64,000 bases of DNA from an uncultured delta proteobacterium (GCA_963743525.1 CAVUQH010000003.1:1024001-1088000), one strand, 5' to 3'. Counted from the first letter of the stretch, positions 28,608 through 41,145 are shown. Notes: generated by a model not told the origin, from the sequence alone. A program made the numbers and translations.

Positions 28608-30488
28608 TACTCGCCCTCGCCCTCGCCCTCGCCCTCGCCCTCGCCCTCGCCCTCACCCTCGCCCTCGCCCTCGCCCTCACCCTCGCCCTCGCCCTCGCCC
28701 TCGCCCTCGCCCTCGCCCTCGCCCTCGCCCTCGGCCGCCACCTCGCTCTCACTCGCGTGCCGCGTGATCGGCCGCGTCGCCTCGTGCTCGGTCGCCGGCT
28801 CGTCGAGCCCCATCGCCTGCACCGCCATCTCCGCCGTCGACCCCACCCGCCCGCGCGTCAGCTCGGCCCGGGCCGCCAGCTCGACCATCAGCTCGAGGAT
28901 GCTCAACAGCCGGTCCACCGCCGGCGCCGCGCTCTCGCCGCGAAACGCCAGCTCGGTGATCGGAATCGGATGATCCAGCGGCGCCCCGCGCCCGGGATAG
29001 ACGCGGTACTGCAGCCCGCGCCCGGCCCAGAACGCGATCCATCCGTCGAGCAGCGCCGTCGCCCGCGCCCGCAGTCCCTCGTCGAACAGCGCCGCCGTGT
29101 GCTCGCCGGTGTCGCGCACGCGGAACCGCGAATCGAACGGCGCGTCGCCGGTCTTGATTCCGCCGCCGTCGCAGATCGGCGGCTCGTCGTGCGCGCGGAT
29201 GCCCAGCACCCGATCCGGGCGCGCGTACAGCGTCAGGTCCGGCTTGCGCCCGCTGGGCGGCTCGCGCCCGCAGGTGATGTCGATGCACAGCACGCTGTCG
29301 GCCACCCGGTCGATGCGCAAGCGCATCGCCACGTCGCGGCGAAACGCGACCACGTGGGTGCTCGACACATCTTCGTCGCCCTTGATCGTCACCGTCGACG
29401 GCCTGCATGCCGGGTCGGCCGAGCGCAGCCCGGCCATCAGCGCGGCGATGTAGCGCTGCCACACCCCGGCGCCGATCGGCGGCCCGCGGAAACCGGGGCG
29501 ACTGGCGCGCCGGCCTTCGCGCTCCTCCAGCGCCACCCGGCCGGCGGCCTGGCCGATGGTCATCACCCCGGCCAGGCTCAGCAGATACTGGAACGGCCAG
29601 GCGAACGAGTAGCCGCCGACCACGACCAGCCCCAGGCCGACGCCGATCCGCCGCCGCGCCTCGGACTCGGCCGAGATCGTCGACACCAGCGTCCAGGTGA
29701 TCGCGCCCAGCGCCAGGATGTACAGCGCGATCTGGTGCGTCGGCGCGCCCGGGCCGATGTCGACGCCGATGCCGCGCGCGGCCAGCTCCATGCCGACCTC
29801 GTAGTGCTTGCGCAGGATCACCGCGCCGACCATGCCGACGAAGGTGGCCACCGCCGCCGGCGCCAGGCGCGTGAACGAGCGAACGAACGGCCGCGGGGCA
29901 AAGCAGTAGGGCGAAGCCAGCGCCGCCAGCACCACCGCCCACTTGCCGTACTCGGCGAACTCGATCGGCAGGTCGCCCCACAGCGCCTCGCGATTGCCGA
30001 CCACGTAGACCACGAACGACGGCCAGAAGTGGAGCACCAGCGGCACCACCAGCAGCGCCACGCCGATCTTCACACCGACGTCACCGCGCGCGGTCAGCTG
30101 GTTGAACGGCGACGAAGACCAACGTCAGCGTGAAGCAGGCGTCGAAGAGGACGCTCATCAGCTCGGTCGGCGGCAACGCGATGTTGGCCACCGCCGTCAG
30201 CACCGTGCCGGCACCGGCGATCGCGACCAGGTATCCGGGAATCCCGCGCCAGCCCGGCCGCGGCCGCTCCGGTCCGCGCAGGTGACGCCAGACCATGTAG
30301 CCGACAGCGCCGACCGCCAGCGTCAACGTGAAGTACTGGAAGAACAGCCCGACACTGTCGAGCACCGTGTGCCACGTCGGCGGCGCCGCCCCACCCACCG
30401 GTCGCAGCGCCTGCACGGCGAGCCGGTTGAGGGAGAGCTCGACCACGGCTGCCAGCAGCAGCACGTGCTCCAGACCGACACCGGCCAT
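28607..30488 (-). CDS. Multi-pass membrane protein with a soluble C-terminal domain and Glu-Gly tail (apparent frameshift near 30,103)
   Basis: ORFs 30081-30506 and 28607-30073 join as ...LVFVA / FNQLTARGDVGVKIGVALL... Confidence 0.7.
28610..28732. repeat. Hexanucleotide repeat (GAGGGC)n encoding E(GE)20
   Basis: 123 nt of ctcgcc units with two ctcacc variants. Confidence 0.95.
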
Positions 30489-30590
30489 GACTCCCCGACG
30501 ACGCATTGCCAGAGCTGAAAAACCTAGCGAGTTTGAGTGGTTAGGTCAAGGCAGCGAAAATGTTGTGTGGCGTGTTATCCTACATGTCGT

Positions 30591-31346
30591 ATGAGGTGGG
30601 TTTTTGTCGGTCTCGCGCTTCTTCTCGGTGTTTCGGCCTTCTCCGAGCGTCCGCCGGCGGCGATGCAGAAAGCGGTGACCGTCCGGGCACCGGCTCAGCC
30701 GCCTCTGCGGCCCGCCGACGGGCCGCTGGTGGTCATCGACCCGGGCCACGGCGGGACCAATGACGGCGCTCCGGGCGCCGTCCCCGGCCTGTTCGAGAAG
30801 ACCCTGACCCTGGCGCTGGCGCGCCAGCTGGAGGACCGTCTGGTCGCTCGCGGCTTTGCCGTTCAGCTGACTCGCGACGACGACGTCTACCTGACCCTGC
30901 GCCAGCGGATGGATCGGGCCAACGAGCTCGGCGCCGATCTGTTGATCAGCATTCACTGCAACGCCACCCCGCAGCACGCCCAGCGCGGCTTCGAAACCTT
31001 CGTCCTGTCCAGGCGGGCGGTCAACGTCGATGCCCGAGCCCTGCGCGCCGAGGACGGCGCCGCCCGTCCCGGCGTGGACCGTCGCACCGCCGGAGTGCTC
31101 GACGAGGTCGAGCGCGGGCAGGCGGTGGCCGACGCCGCCGACCTGGCCGTCAACATCCAGAAAGAGATGTCTCGCGTCCGCGGCAGCGCAGGTGACCGCG
31201 GGGTCAAGCAGGAGGCCCACCACGTCCTCCTCGGCGCCACCATGCCGGCGGTGCTGGTCGAGGTCGGCTTCATCGACCATCCGATCGAGGGCCGCGAGCT
31301 GGCCGACCCGGCGGTGCAGAGCCGCATCGCCGGCGCCCTGGCCCAG
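30591..31346 (+). CDS. N-acetylmuramoyl-L-alanine amidase (Amidase_3), cut at the junction
   Basis: [36 protein letters not shown]; coherent sequence ends at SRIAGALAQ. Confidence 0.9.
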
Positions 31347-31355
31347 GTCTGGCCA
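31340..31355. other. Probable chimeric junction (Myxococcota-like DNA to the left, Actinomycetota-like DNA to the right)
   Basis: A 3'-truncated amidase directly abuts a 5'-truncated MoxR; gene content and indel density change abruptly. Confidence 0.85.
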
Positions 31356-32250
31356 AGACCCTGGCGATGGAGACGCTGGCCACGGTCGTCGGCGGCACGT
31401 TCGCCCGCATCCAGTTCACGCCCGACCTGCTGCCCGCCGACATCATCGGCACCCGGGTCTGGCGCCAGTCGCACGCGAGGCCTTCGACGTCGAGCTCGGG
31501 CCCGGTCTTCGTGAACTTCCTGCTCGCCGACGAGATCAACCGGGCGCCGGCCAAGGTGCAGTCGGCGCTGCTCGAGGTCATGGCCGAGCACCAGGTCTCC
31601 ATCGGCGGCGAGACCTACGCGGTGCCCGAGCCGTTCCTGGTGCATGGCCACGCAGAACCCGATCGAGTCCGAGGGCGTCTACCCGCTGCCCGAGGCCCAG
31701 CGGGACCGCTTCCTGATGAAGATCCTCATCGACTACCCGTCGCCGGCCGAGGAGGCCGAGATCGTGCGCCGGCATGGGCGTCGACGCCGCCGCGAGGCCG
31801 AGCAGGTCGCTCGACGCCCGACACGCTGCTGCGGCTCCAGGCGCGCCGCCGACGAGGTCTACGTCGACCACGGCACGCTCCAGTACGCCGTCGACCTGGT
31901 GCAGGCCACCCGCGACCCGGCCGCGCTACGGCCTCCCCGACCTCGTCGACTACCTCTCCTACGGCGCCTCGCCCCGCGCCACCCTCGGCCTCGTGGCCGC
32001 CGGCCGGGCCCTGGCCCTGCTGCGCCAGCGGCAGCTACGTGGTGCCCCAGGACGTCTTCGACGTGGCCCCCGACGTGCTCCGCCACCGCCTGGTGCTGTC
32101 CTACGAGGCGCTCGCCCAGGGCGTCGAGGTCGACCACGTCCTGGCCCGGCTGCTGTCCACGGTGCCGGCGCCCCACGTGGCCGGCTCCAGCCGCGCCATC
32201 GCGGCGTCGGGCCACCGACGCGCCAGGCCGCGGGGCTCGACGGCGTGCCG
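31343..32250 (+). CDS. moxR: MoxR-family AAA+ ATPase (5'-truncated, frameshifted)
   Basis: [61 protein letters not shown]. Confidence 0.9.
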
Positions 32251-33187
32251 GCTCCGCCGGCATCGCCGGCGCGGTCGACGCCGCGGCCGCCGAGGTCGCT
32301 GCGCCGGCTCGAGCTGACGGTCACCCGCCGGCTCGACGGCCTGCTGCACGGCGACTACCGCGGCCTCGTCCCCGGGCACGGCTCCGAGCCGGGCGAGACC
32401 CGCCCCTACGTCCCCGGCGACGACGTCCGCCGCATCGACTGGAACGTATCGGCCCGCTCGATCGAGACCCACGTCCGCGAGACCGATCGCCGACCGCGAG
32501 CTCGAGACCTGGATCCTCGTCGACCGCTCCGCCAGCCTCGACTTCGGCACCGCCGGCCGCGACGAAGGCCGACCTGGCCGTCTCCGCCGTCGGCGCCGTC
32601 GGCTTCCTCACCGCCCGGGCCGGCAACCGCCTCGGCGCGGTCGTCGTCGGCGGCCGACGGCGTCGCGGATCGTGCCGGCCCGGCCCGGGCCGCGACCACC
32701 TGCTGGCGCTGCTCCACTCGCTGCTGACGGCAGCCGCCGGCCGACGGCCGGCACCGGCGACGGGACCACCGACCTGGGCGCCGCCCTGCGCCACCTGGTC
32801 GTGCCGCCCGCCGGCGGGGCCTGGTCGTCGTCGTCTCCGACTTCCTCGCCGACCGACGGCTGGGAGCAGGCCGCTGCGCGCCCTGTCGCACGCGCCACGA
32901 GGTGGTCGCGCATCGAGATCGTCGATCCCCGCGAGCTCGAGCTGCCCGCCGGTCGGCATGCTCGACGGTCGTCGACCCCGAGACCGGACGCACCCGCGAG
33001 GTGCCGACCAACCGGCGGACCCGCGCAGCGCTACGCCGAGGCGGCGGCCGCGCAGCGCAGCGCCATCGCCGCACGAGCTCCGCCGGGCCGGCGCCGACCA
33101 CCTGCAGCTGCGCACCGACCGCGACTGGGTGCTCGACGTCGCCCGGTTCGTCGACCGCCGGCGTGCGGTCTGGAGGCGTCCCGATGA
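32200..33187 (+). CDS. DUF58 domain protein (frameshifted; start approximate)
   Basis: [32 protein letters not shown]. Confidence 0.85.
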
Positions 33188-34165
33188 GCTGCGGCCTGGC
33201 CCGACGGCTTCCTGTCCGCCGACCCGCCTGTACGGCCTGCTCGCCGTGCTGGCGCTGGCCTTCGCGTACGTGGCACTCGGCCTTCCAGCGCCACCGCCTA
33301 CACCGTGCGGTTCACCAACCTCGACCTGCTCGACTCGGTGGCGCCGCGTCGCCCGGGCTGGCGCCGCCACGTCGCCGCCGTCGTCTTCCTGCTGGGCCTC
33401 GGCGTCGATGCTCGTCGCCTGGGCCCGCCCGCCGATCGAGGTCCAGGTGCCCAAGGAGCGGGCCACGGTCGTGCTCGCCATCGACACGTCGCTGTCGATG
33501 GAGGCCACCGACGTGGCCCCCAGCCGGATCGAGGCGGCCAAGCAGCGCGGCGCTGTCGTTCGTCGACGGGCTCCCCGAGCCGATCAACGTCGGTCTGGTG
33601 ACCTTCGACGGCGTCGCCCGGGTGCGGGTGACGCCCACCACCGACCGGCGACGGTCCGCTCGGCCATCCAGATCCATCGAGCTCGGGCCGGCCACCGCCA
33701 TCGGCGAGGCCATCTTCGCCGGCCTCGACGCCATCAAGACCGCGCCGGTGGCCGACGCCGAGGCGACGAGCCCGTGCCCGGCCCGCATGGTGGTGATGAC
33801 CGACGGCAAGACCACCGTGGGCCGGCCCGACGTCGACGGCGCCGACAGCGGCCATGGAGGCCGACGTGCCCGTGTCGACCATCGCCTTCGGCACCGACCG
33901 CGGCACCATCGTGATCGACGGCGAGATCCAGCCCGTGCCCGTCGAGGAGTCCGCGCTGCGGCTCATCGCCGAGCAGACCGGGGGCCAGTTCTTCCGGGCC
34001 GCAGTCGCTCGGCGAGCTCGAGAGCGTGTACGCCGACATCGGCTCGTCGGTCGGCTACGACACCGAGGAGCCGCGAGGTCACCGACCGCTTCGTCGGCTA
34101 CGCCGCCGTGGCCCTGCTCGTCAGCACCGCTCCTGTCGCTGCTGTGGTTCCAACGCATCCCCTGA
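33184..34165 (+). CDS. VWA domain membrane protein (frameshifted)
   Basis: [42 protein letters not shown]. Confidence 0.85.
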
Positions 34166-34557
34166 TCCGGCTGCTCGCCGCGCTCGTTCTGGTCGCCGTC
34201 GTGGCGGCCGGCTGCGGCGGCGACGATGGCGGCGACGTCACCGCGTTCTGCGCTGCCATGGACGACCTCCGCACCGCCGACCCGTTCGGCGACCTCGCCG
34301 TCGCCTCGCCCGAGGACATGCGCGACGCCTTCGGCGAGCTGGCCGACTCGGCGAAGCAGGTGACCGACGCCGCACCCCCCGACGCCAAGGTCCAGGCCGA
34401 CCGTTACGCGGCGGCCATCGAGGCCCTTCGGGGCGAACTGGCCGGCGCCGGCTACGACCCGACCCAGCTCGACTCGCTGCGCTACCGGCAGGCCACCGAC
34501 GAGTACACGGCGGCCGCGGTGTCGCTGGACAACGCCGGCGCCAGCGTCTGCTCCTGA
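34144..34557 (+). CDS. Small helical lipoprotein
   Basis: LLAALVLVAVVAAG|C; FC...C disulfide pattern. Confidence 0.65.
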   Translation: MVPTHPLIRLLAALVLVAVVAAGCGGDDGGDVTAFCAAMDDLRTADPFGDLAVASPEDMRDAFGELADSAKQVTDAAPPDAKVQADRYAAAIEALRGELAGAGYDPTQLDSLRYRQATDEYTAAAVSLDNAGASVCS

Positions 34558-34607
34558 CGGTTCGTCCCTGAGCGATCCCAGCCGGGGCGCCGGTAGGGTC
34601 GGAAGCG

Positions 34608-36009
34608 ATGAGCATCGACGAACGCACCGACCTCGAATCGATCCCTGGGACCGTCGCCGCCATCCGGCACGCCTTCGGCACGGGCCGCACACGCCCGCTC
34701 GAGTGGCGCCTGCGCCAGCTCGACGGCCTGCTGCGCGTCCTCGACGAGGGCGGCGACGACCTGGTGGCCGCCATGCAGGAGGACTTCGGCAAGCCCGAGG
34801 TCGAGGCCTACTCCACCGACATCGCGTTCACCGCCACCGAGGTGGAGTACCTGCGCAAGCACGTGGACGGCTGGATGAAGCCCCAGAAGGCCAAGCTGTC
34901 GCTCAAGGAGAAGCCCGGTTCGGCCCGCATCCAGGCCGAGCCGCTCGGCGTCGCGCTGGTGATCGCGCCGTGGAACTACCCGGTGCAGCTGCTGGTCTCG
35001 CCGATGGCCGCCGCCTTCGCCGCCGGCAACGCCGTGGTCGCCAAGCCGTCCGAGCTGGCGCCCAAGACGTCCCGGGTGCTCGCCGAGCTGCTGCGGGCCT
35101 ACCTCGATCCCGAGGCGTTCGCCGTGTTCGAGGGCGGTGTCGACGTCTCCACCGAAGCTCCTCGAGCAGCGCTGGGACCACATCTTCTTCACCGGCTCCA
35201 CCGCGGTGGGCAAGGTCGTGGCCAAGGCGGCGGCCGAGCACCTCACGCCCACGGTCCTCGAGCTCGGCGGCAAGTCGCCCGCCATCGTGACGCCCGAGGC
35301 CGACATCAAGGTCGCCGCTCACCGCCTGGCGTGGGGCAAGTTCCTCAACGCCGGCCAGACCTGCATCGCCCCCGACTACGTGCTGGTCGACCGGGCGCGC
35401 AAGGACGAGCTGGTCGACGCCCTCGTCGGCGCCATCGGCGAGTTCTACGGCGACGACCCGGGCAACTCGCCCGACTTCACCCAGATGGTCAACGAACGTC
35501 ACCTGCAGCGGTTGCAGGGCCTGCTCGACTCCCACGGCGGCACCGTGGCCACGGGCGGCACCGTCGATTCCGCCACCCGTCGCATCGCACCCACGGTCAT
35601 CGTCGATCCCGACCCCGACGCCCCGGTGATGCAGGAGGAGATCTTCGGACCCGTCCTTCCCGTGCTCGCCGTCGACAGCGTCGAAGAGGCGGTGGCCTTC
35701 GTGAACGGCCGGCCCAAGCCGCTGGCCCTCTACGTGTTCTCGGGCGACAAGTCCGAGACCGAGACCATCGTCGAGCGGACGTCATCGGGCGGCGTGTGCG
35801 TCAACCACACGCTGTTCCACATCACCCCGCCCACCATGCCCTTCGGTGGCGTGGGCGACTCGGGCATGGGCCGCTACCACGGCCGCTCCGGCTTCGAGGA
35901 GTTCTCCAACATGAAGCCGATCATGGCCAAGCCCACCAAGCCCGACATCAGCTTCATCTACCCGCCCTACACCAAGCTGAAGGGCAAGCTTCTCAAGAAG
36001 CTCCTCTAG
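34608..36009 (+). CDS. Aldehyde dehydrogenase (class 3-like; frameshift near 35,157)
   Basis: PWNYP, KPSE, FTGS, LELGGKSP, GQTCIAPDY, EEIFGP, PFGGVG. Confidence 0.92.
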
Positions 36010-37550
36010 CGACGCAGCTCGTTCACCCGCCCGCAGCGGCCACCACGGATCTCGTCGACCTGCTCGAAGGAGGGCAGGTCGAGGACCGTGGCCCGGCCGC
36101 CGTCGGCGTAGGGCGCGAACTGCTCGCCGGGGTCGCCGGTGGCGGCGAACGAGGTCCACGCCGCCTGGATCCGGTCCGACAGCTCCCTGGTCTGCGCGGT
36201 CGGCTCGGTGTCGAGCGCCAGGCCTTCGGGGTGGTCGAAGAGGAAGGCGATCTCCGAACCGTGCGTGGCACCGAGCCCGAAGGGGTTCTGCTCGGAGACG
36301 TAGACGAAGTTGTAGAGGTAGGCGTCGGGTGCGGTTTCGGCGAACGCCACCGACGGGCAGGCGAACACGCTGTCGGTGAACATCGCCTGGTACCGGGCCT
36401 TGTTCGAGTCGTACTCGTCCGCCGGGTACAGCGCGACCAGCGCCTGCGGGTCGTCGGTGTAGGCCCGCGCCATGTCGAGCAGTTGCGCATCGGTGGGCTC
36501 CTGGAGCGACAGCGTGAACAGCGTCGCTTCGTCGGCGTTCGACCCGATGAGCACGGGGATGTCGTCGAGTGCGCCGGTCTGCGCTTGCTCGTGTGCCGGG
36601 GTCGAAAGCGTCACGCCGTCGGCGACCAGCGACGGGTTGAAGCCGCTGACCGCGAGCAGCTCGTCGTCGGACGCGGCACGCAGGCACGCCACGTCCGAGC
36701 AGCCGAGCTGGTCCAGGAAGCGCTGGCCGGCGGCGAGCGCGTCGTCGAGCGACGTCAGCGACAGGCAGCCACCACCACTCTGGATGACGGCCTTGGCGAA
36801 CAGGCCCCGCGAGCCGGCGAGGTGCCCGCACACCGAGAACCCACCGGCCGACTCGCCGAAGATGGTGACGTTCGACGGGTCGCCGCCGAACGCCTCGATG
36901 TTGTCCTGCACCCAGCGCAGCGCCAGCTGCTGGTCGAGGAAGCCGTAGTTGCCCACGGCGCCGTCGGCGCTCTCGTCGCGCAGCGCATCGGTGGCGAGGA
37001 AGCCCTGCGGGCCCAGGCGGTAGTTCACGCCGACGACGGTCACGCCCTCGGCGGCCAGGTCGTCGCCGTTGTAGTACGGGTTGTGGGCCGACCCGGTGGA
37101 GAACCCACCGCCGTGGATCCAGACCATCACCGGCAGATCGCCGGCGGTGTCCGGCGACCACACGTCGAGGTCCAGGCAGTCGGGATCGGGGTCGGGGCTC
37201 TTCACGAACTGGGCGGTGACGCCTTCGGTGGTCTGGGGGCAAGCCGGGCCGCCCTGGGTGGCGTCGAGCACGTCGGTCCAGGGCTGGCGGGGCTCGGGCG
37301 CCCGCCAGGCGAGGTCGCCGACCGGCGCTTCGGCGTAGGGGATGGCCAGGAAGTTGCGCACACCGTCGACGGCGCTGGGACCGCCCCGCACGGGGCCGGC
37401 CGTGGTGTCGATCAGGTAGGGATCGGCCGGCTTCGTCGTGGTCGTGCTGGTCGGCTGCTCGCTGGTCGAGGTCGTGGTGTCGCTGGCCGAGTCGTCGTCG
37501 CCCGAGCACGCCGCGGCGACGATGGCGAGGACCGCCGCCAGCGCCAGCAT
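36006..37550 (-). CDS. Type-B carboxylesterase, lipoprotein
   Basis: AAA|C lipobox, WIHGGGF, FGESAGG, ATHGSE. Confidence 0.9.
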   Translation of the reverse strand: MLALAAVLAIVAAACSGDDDSASDTTTSTSEQPTSTTTTKPADPYLIDTTAGPVRGGPSAVDGVRNFLAIPYAEAPVGDLAWRAPEPRQPWTDVLDATQGGPACPQTTEGVTAQFVKSPDPDPDCLDLDVWSPDTAGDLPVMVWIHGGGFSTGSAHNPYYNGDDLAAEGVTVVGVNYRLGPQGFLATDALRDESADGAVGNYGFLDQQLALRWVQDNIEAFGGDPSNVTIFGESAGGFSVCGHLAGSRGLFAKAVIQSGGGCLSLTSLDDALAAGQRFLDQLGCSDVACLRAASDDELLAVSGFNPSLVADGVTLSTPAHEQAQTGALDDIPVLIGSNADEATLFTLSLQEPTDAQLLDMARAYTDDPQALVALYPADEYDSNKARYQAMFTDSVFACPSVAFAETAPDAYLYNFVYVSEQNPFGLGATHGSEIAFLFDHPEGLALDTEPTAQTRELSDRIQAAWTSFAATGDPGEQFAPYADGGRATVLDLPSFEQVDEIRGGRCGRVNELRR

Positions 37551-37609
37551 CGTCGTGGTACGCAGCGGCTGCCAGAACGGTTCGAGGGCGAGTCACGCCC
37601 GCCGGTGTA

Positions 37610-40600
37610 TCACGCAACGTCGGCGTGTTTGGCCGCGCCCTTCTCGGAGACGACCTTCGACGAACCGCCGGGCGACATGGTGACGCCGTAGAGCACGTCG
37701 GCGGCCTCCATGGTGCGCTTCTGGTGGCTGACGATGACCAGCTGGGCCTCCTGGCGGAACTCGGCGACCAGGTCGAGGAACCGGTGCAGGTTCACGTCGT
37801 CGAGGGCGGCCTCGACCTCGTCCATCACGTAGAAGGGCGACGGGCCGGCTGCGGAACACGGCGAAGAGGAACGCCAGCGCGGTGAGCGACCGCTCGCCGC
37901 CCGAGAGCAGCGACAGCTTGCGCACGTTCTTGCCCGACGGCTTGGCCTCGACCTCGATGCCGGTCTCGAGCAGGTCGTCGGGGTCGGTGAGCCGGAGCCG
38001 CCGCTGACCGCCGGGGAACAGGGTGCTGAACAGCTGGCGTGAAGTTCTCGCGACACGTCGGCGAAGGCAGCGGCGAAGACGTTGACGATCTCGTCGTCGA
38101 TGGCCTTGATGACCTTGGCCAGCTCGCGCGCGGCTGGCCTTCACGTCGTCGAGCTGGCTCTGCAGGAACGTGTGGCGCTCCTGGAGCGCCTCGTACTCCT
38201 CGAGGGCCAGCGGGTTGATCGGGCCCATCAGCCGCAGCTCGCGCTCGAGCTCGCGGGCCCGGGCCGCCGGCGACGTCCCCTCGGCGAGCTCGGGGCACTC
38301 GGCGGCGATGGCGGTGTCGGGGTCGACGTCGAGGTCGCGGCGCATGGTCTCGACCGCGGTCTCGATGCGCAGGTTGATCTCGTCTGAGCTCGAGCTCGGC
38401 CCGCTGCAGCGCGCTCGCGCACCTCGTCGAGCTGCTTCTCGGCCTCGCATGCGCTCGCGGCGCAGGCCGTCGAGCGCGGTGGCGACGCCGGCGCTGGGCC
38501 TCGGACTGCGTCTGGCGCTCCTCGCGCAGCACGACCAGACGCTCCTCGATCGACGCCGGGCGCATCGACGACGCACGCCGCGGCCAGCGCGGTCAGACGG
38601 CGCGGCGCGGCCGTCGAGGGCCTCGACGCCGGCGCTGGCGGCCTCGGCGCGCGGCTTCCTGGTTGCGCGGCGAGGCGGGCATCGACCTCGGCCAGGCGGG
38701 CGCTGCAGGAACGTGCGGCGCTCGTCGATCTGGCGCGACGCGAACCTCGAGGTCGGAGCGCAGCGCGGCCGACCGCCGCCGCCCGCTCGTCGAGCGCGGC
38801 GCGGGCGTCGGCCATGGCCCGGGCGGCTTCGGCGGCAGCGGCTTCCTCGGCCTCGAGCGCCGGCAGCATCGGCCTCGAGCTCGGCGATGCGCGCGCCGCT
38901 CGGTGCGGCGAGCGCTCCTCGATCTCGGACCGAACGCCGGACTGGTCGCTCGAGCTCGTCGGCGGCCTCGGCGGCCTGCTGCTCGACCCGGCCCAGGCGG
39001 TCGGCCGCCCGGCGACGGTGGCAGCGGTCCGCTCGGCCGCCTGCCGGGCCTCGACTGCGGCTCGCTTGATCTCGGCGAAGCGCTCGCTTGGCGTCGTCGC
39101 GGCGCCCGGCGACGTCGGCCACCGCGGCTTCGGCGGTCTCGACCCGGGCGTGGGCCTCGTCGAGCGCGGCGCCGGTGGCACCGGTGGCCGACGCCGCCGA
39201 CGCGCCAGACCGCCGGGCCGAAGCGGGCGCCGTCGGCGGTGACGACCACCGCGTCGGGGTGGGCGAGGGCCACGTCGACGGCCGGCGGACCAGTCGCCGT
39301 CGATGCGCACGGCACGCGCCGACGAGCCGCGTCGAGCAGGTCGGCTCGACCCCGGGGCGGGTCGACCGGACGTGGGCGCGGACCGGCTCACCGACGGGCG
39401 GCGGCACTGGCCGACGACCGGCCGCACGCCGAGGGCGAGCACGGCGCCGCTGGCGTCGCCGGCGCTGAGGGCGGCCAGGGCGGCGCGGGCGGCGTCGGCG
39501 CCAGTCGACCACCACCGCGCCGAGGGCCTCGGCGGCGGCGGCCTCGAACGCCGGCCTCCCAGCCCGGGTCGACCTCGACGAGGTCGAGCAGCGTGCCGAC
39601 GACGCCGTCGACCTCGGCCAGCCGCTCGGCCCCGGCGCGCGGCCCGGGCCTGCGTCGAGGGCCAGGCTCGAGGGCGTCGGCGCGGGCGATCCAGCGAGCG
39701 GCGCTCGCCATCGGCCTCGGCGGGCGCGTCGGCGGCGGCCTCGACCGCCTGCTCGGCCGCGGCCCTGCTCGGCGGCGCGACGATCGCGCTCGGCCTCGAG
39801 CCCGGGCAGGCGGCTGCTCGGCGTCGGTCAGCTCGGCCCGCAGGCGGTCGGCCTCGGCCACCAGGCGGTCACGCTTGTCGACCAGGGCAGCGGTGCGGGC
39901 CATCGGTGCGCTCGAGCTCGGCTCGCGCCCGCGCGACGGCCTGGCGCAGCGCCGCCAGCTCGCCACGCACCTCGGCGGCCTCGCCCGACGGCGCGGCGAC
40001 GCCGTCGCCCCAGCGCTCCTCGAAGGCGGCCCGCGCATCGGCGAGACCGCGCTCGGCCCGCTCGACCTCGCTCGGCCTCGGGGACGAGCGAGGGCCGCGG
40101 CGTCGTCGATCGCGTCGTCGAGCTCGGCGCGCAGGCGGGCCTGCCTCGGCCTCGAGCGAGGCGATGACGCGCGGCGTCGACGCTGGACTCGCGCTCCTTG
40201 GCCAGGCTGCGCTGGCGCTCGGCGAGCACGGCGGCCAGGCCGCGCGCCCGCTCGCGCAGGGCCTCGAAGCGGGTGAGCTCGTCGCCGAGGTCGGCGCCGC
40301 CCATGGCGTTGAGCTCGGCCTCGGCGGCCACGCACGGCGGCGTCGAGCTCGGCGAGGCGCGGCCGCAGGGCCTCGCTCGGTGTCGACGCTGGCCGACGCG
40401 GTCGCGGGTGGTGTTGTCGAGACGGGTGCGCAGCTGGGCGCAGCTCGCGACCGGCGAGGAACCGCCGCAGGGCGCTGAGCTCGGCGACGAGCGACGCCGT
40501 GGCGGCGGGCGGCGTCGGCCTGGCGCTCGAGCGGGCGCAGCTGGCGGCGGACCTCGCGCAGCAGGTCCTGGACGCGGGTGAGGTTGGCCTCGGTGGCGGC

Positions 40601-41145
40601 CAGGCGGCGCTCGGCCTTCTCCTTGCGCTTGCGGTACTTGAGGACGCCGGCGGCCTCCTCGATGATCAGGCGCCGCTCGGTCGGGCTTGGCGTTGAGGAC
40701 GGCGTCGATCTGGCCCTGGCTGATGATGACGTGCTGCTGGCGCCCGACGCCGGAGTCGGACAGCAGCTCCTGGATGTCGAGCAGCCGGCAGGGCACGCCG
40801 TTGATGGCGTACTCGCTGTCGCCGGTGCGGAACAGCGTGCGGGTGATGGTGACCTCGGAGAACTCGATGGGCAGCAGGCCGGCCGAGTTGTCGATGGTGA
40901 GGCTCACCTCGGCCCGACCCAGCGCCGGGCGCTTGGCGGTGCCGGCGAAGATGACGTCGTCCATCTTCTGGGACCGCACCGCGGAGGGCGCCTGGGCGCC
41001 CAGCACCCAGCGCGATGGCGTCGACGACGTTGGACTTGCCCGAGCCGTTGGGCCCGACCACCACGGTGACGCCGGGCTCGAGCCCCAGGTCCGCGGTGTC
41101 GGCGAACGACTTGAAGCCCTTGATGGTCAGGGTCTTGAGGAACAC
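37610..41145 (-). CDS. smc: Chromosome partition protein Smc (many frameshifts)
   Basis: [24 protein letters not shown], coiled coil and hinge, [16 protein letters not shown]. Confidence 0.95.

Noticed and set aside
30081..30506. Separate small membrane gene
   Set aside because: It joins the downstream ORF by a single-base shift near 30,103 and was treated as one gene.
30591..32317. Novel amidase-MoxR fusion or operon
   Set aside because: The two are in different frames, both are truncated, and the join coincides with the taxonomic switch, so it is best explained as an artefact.
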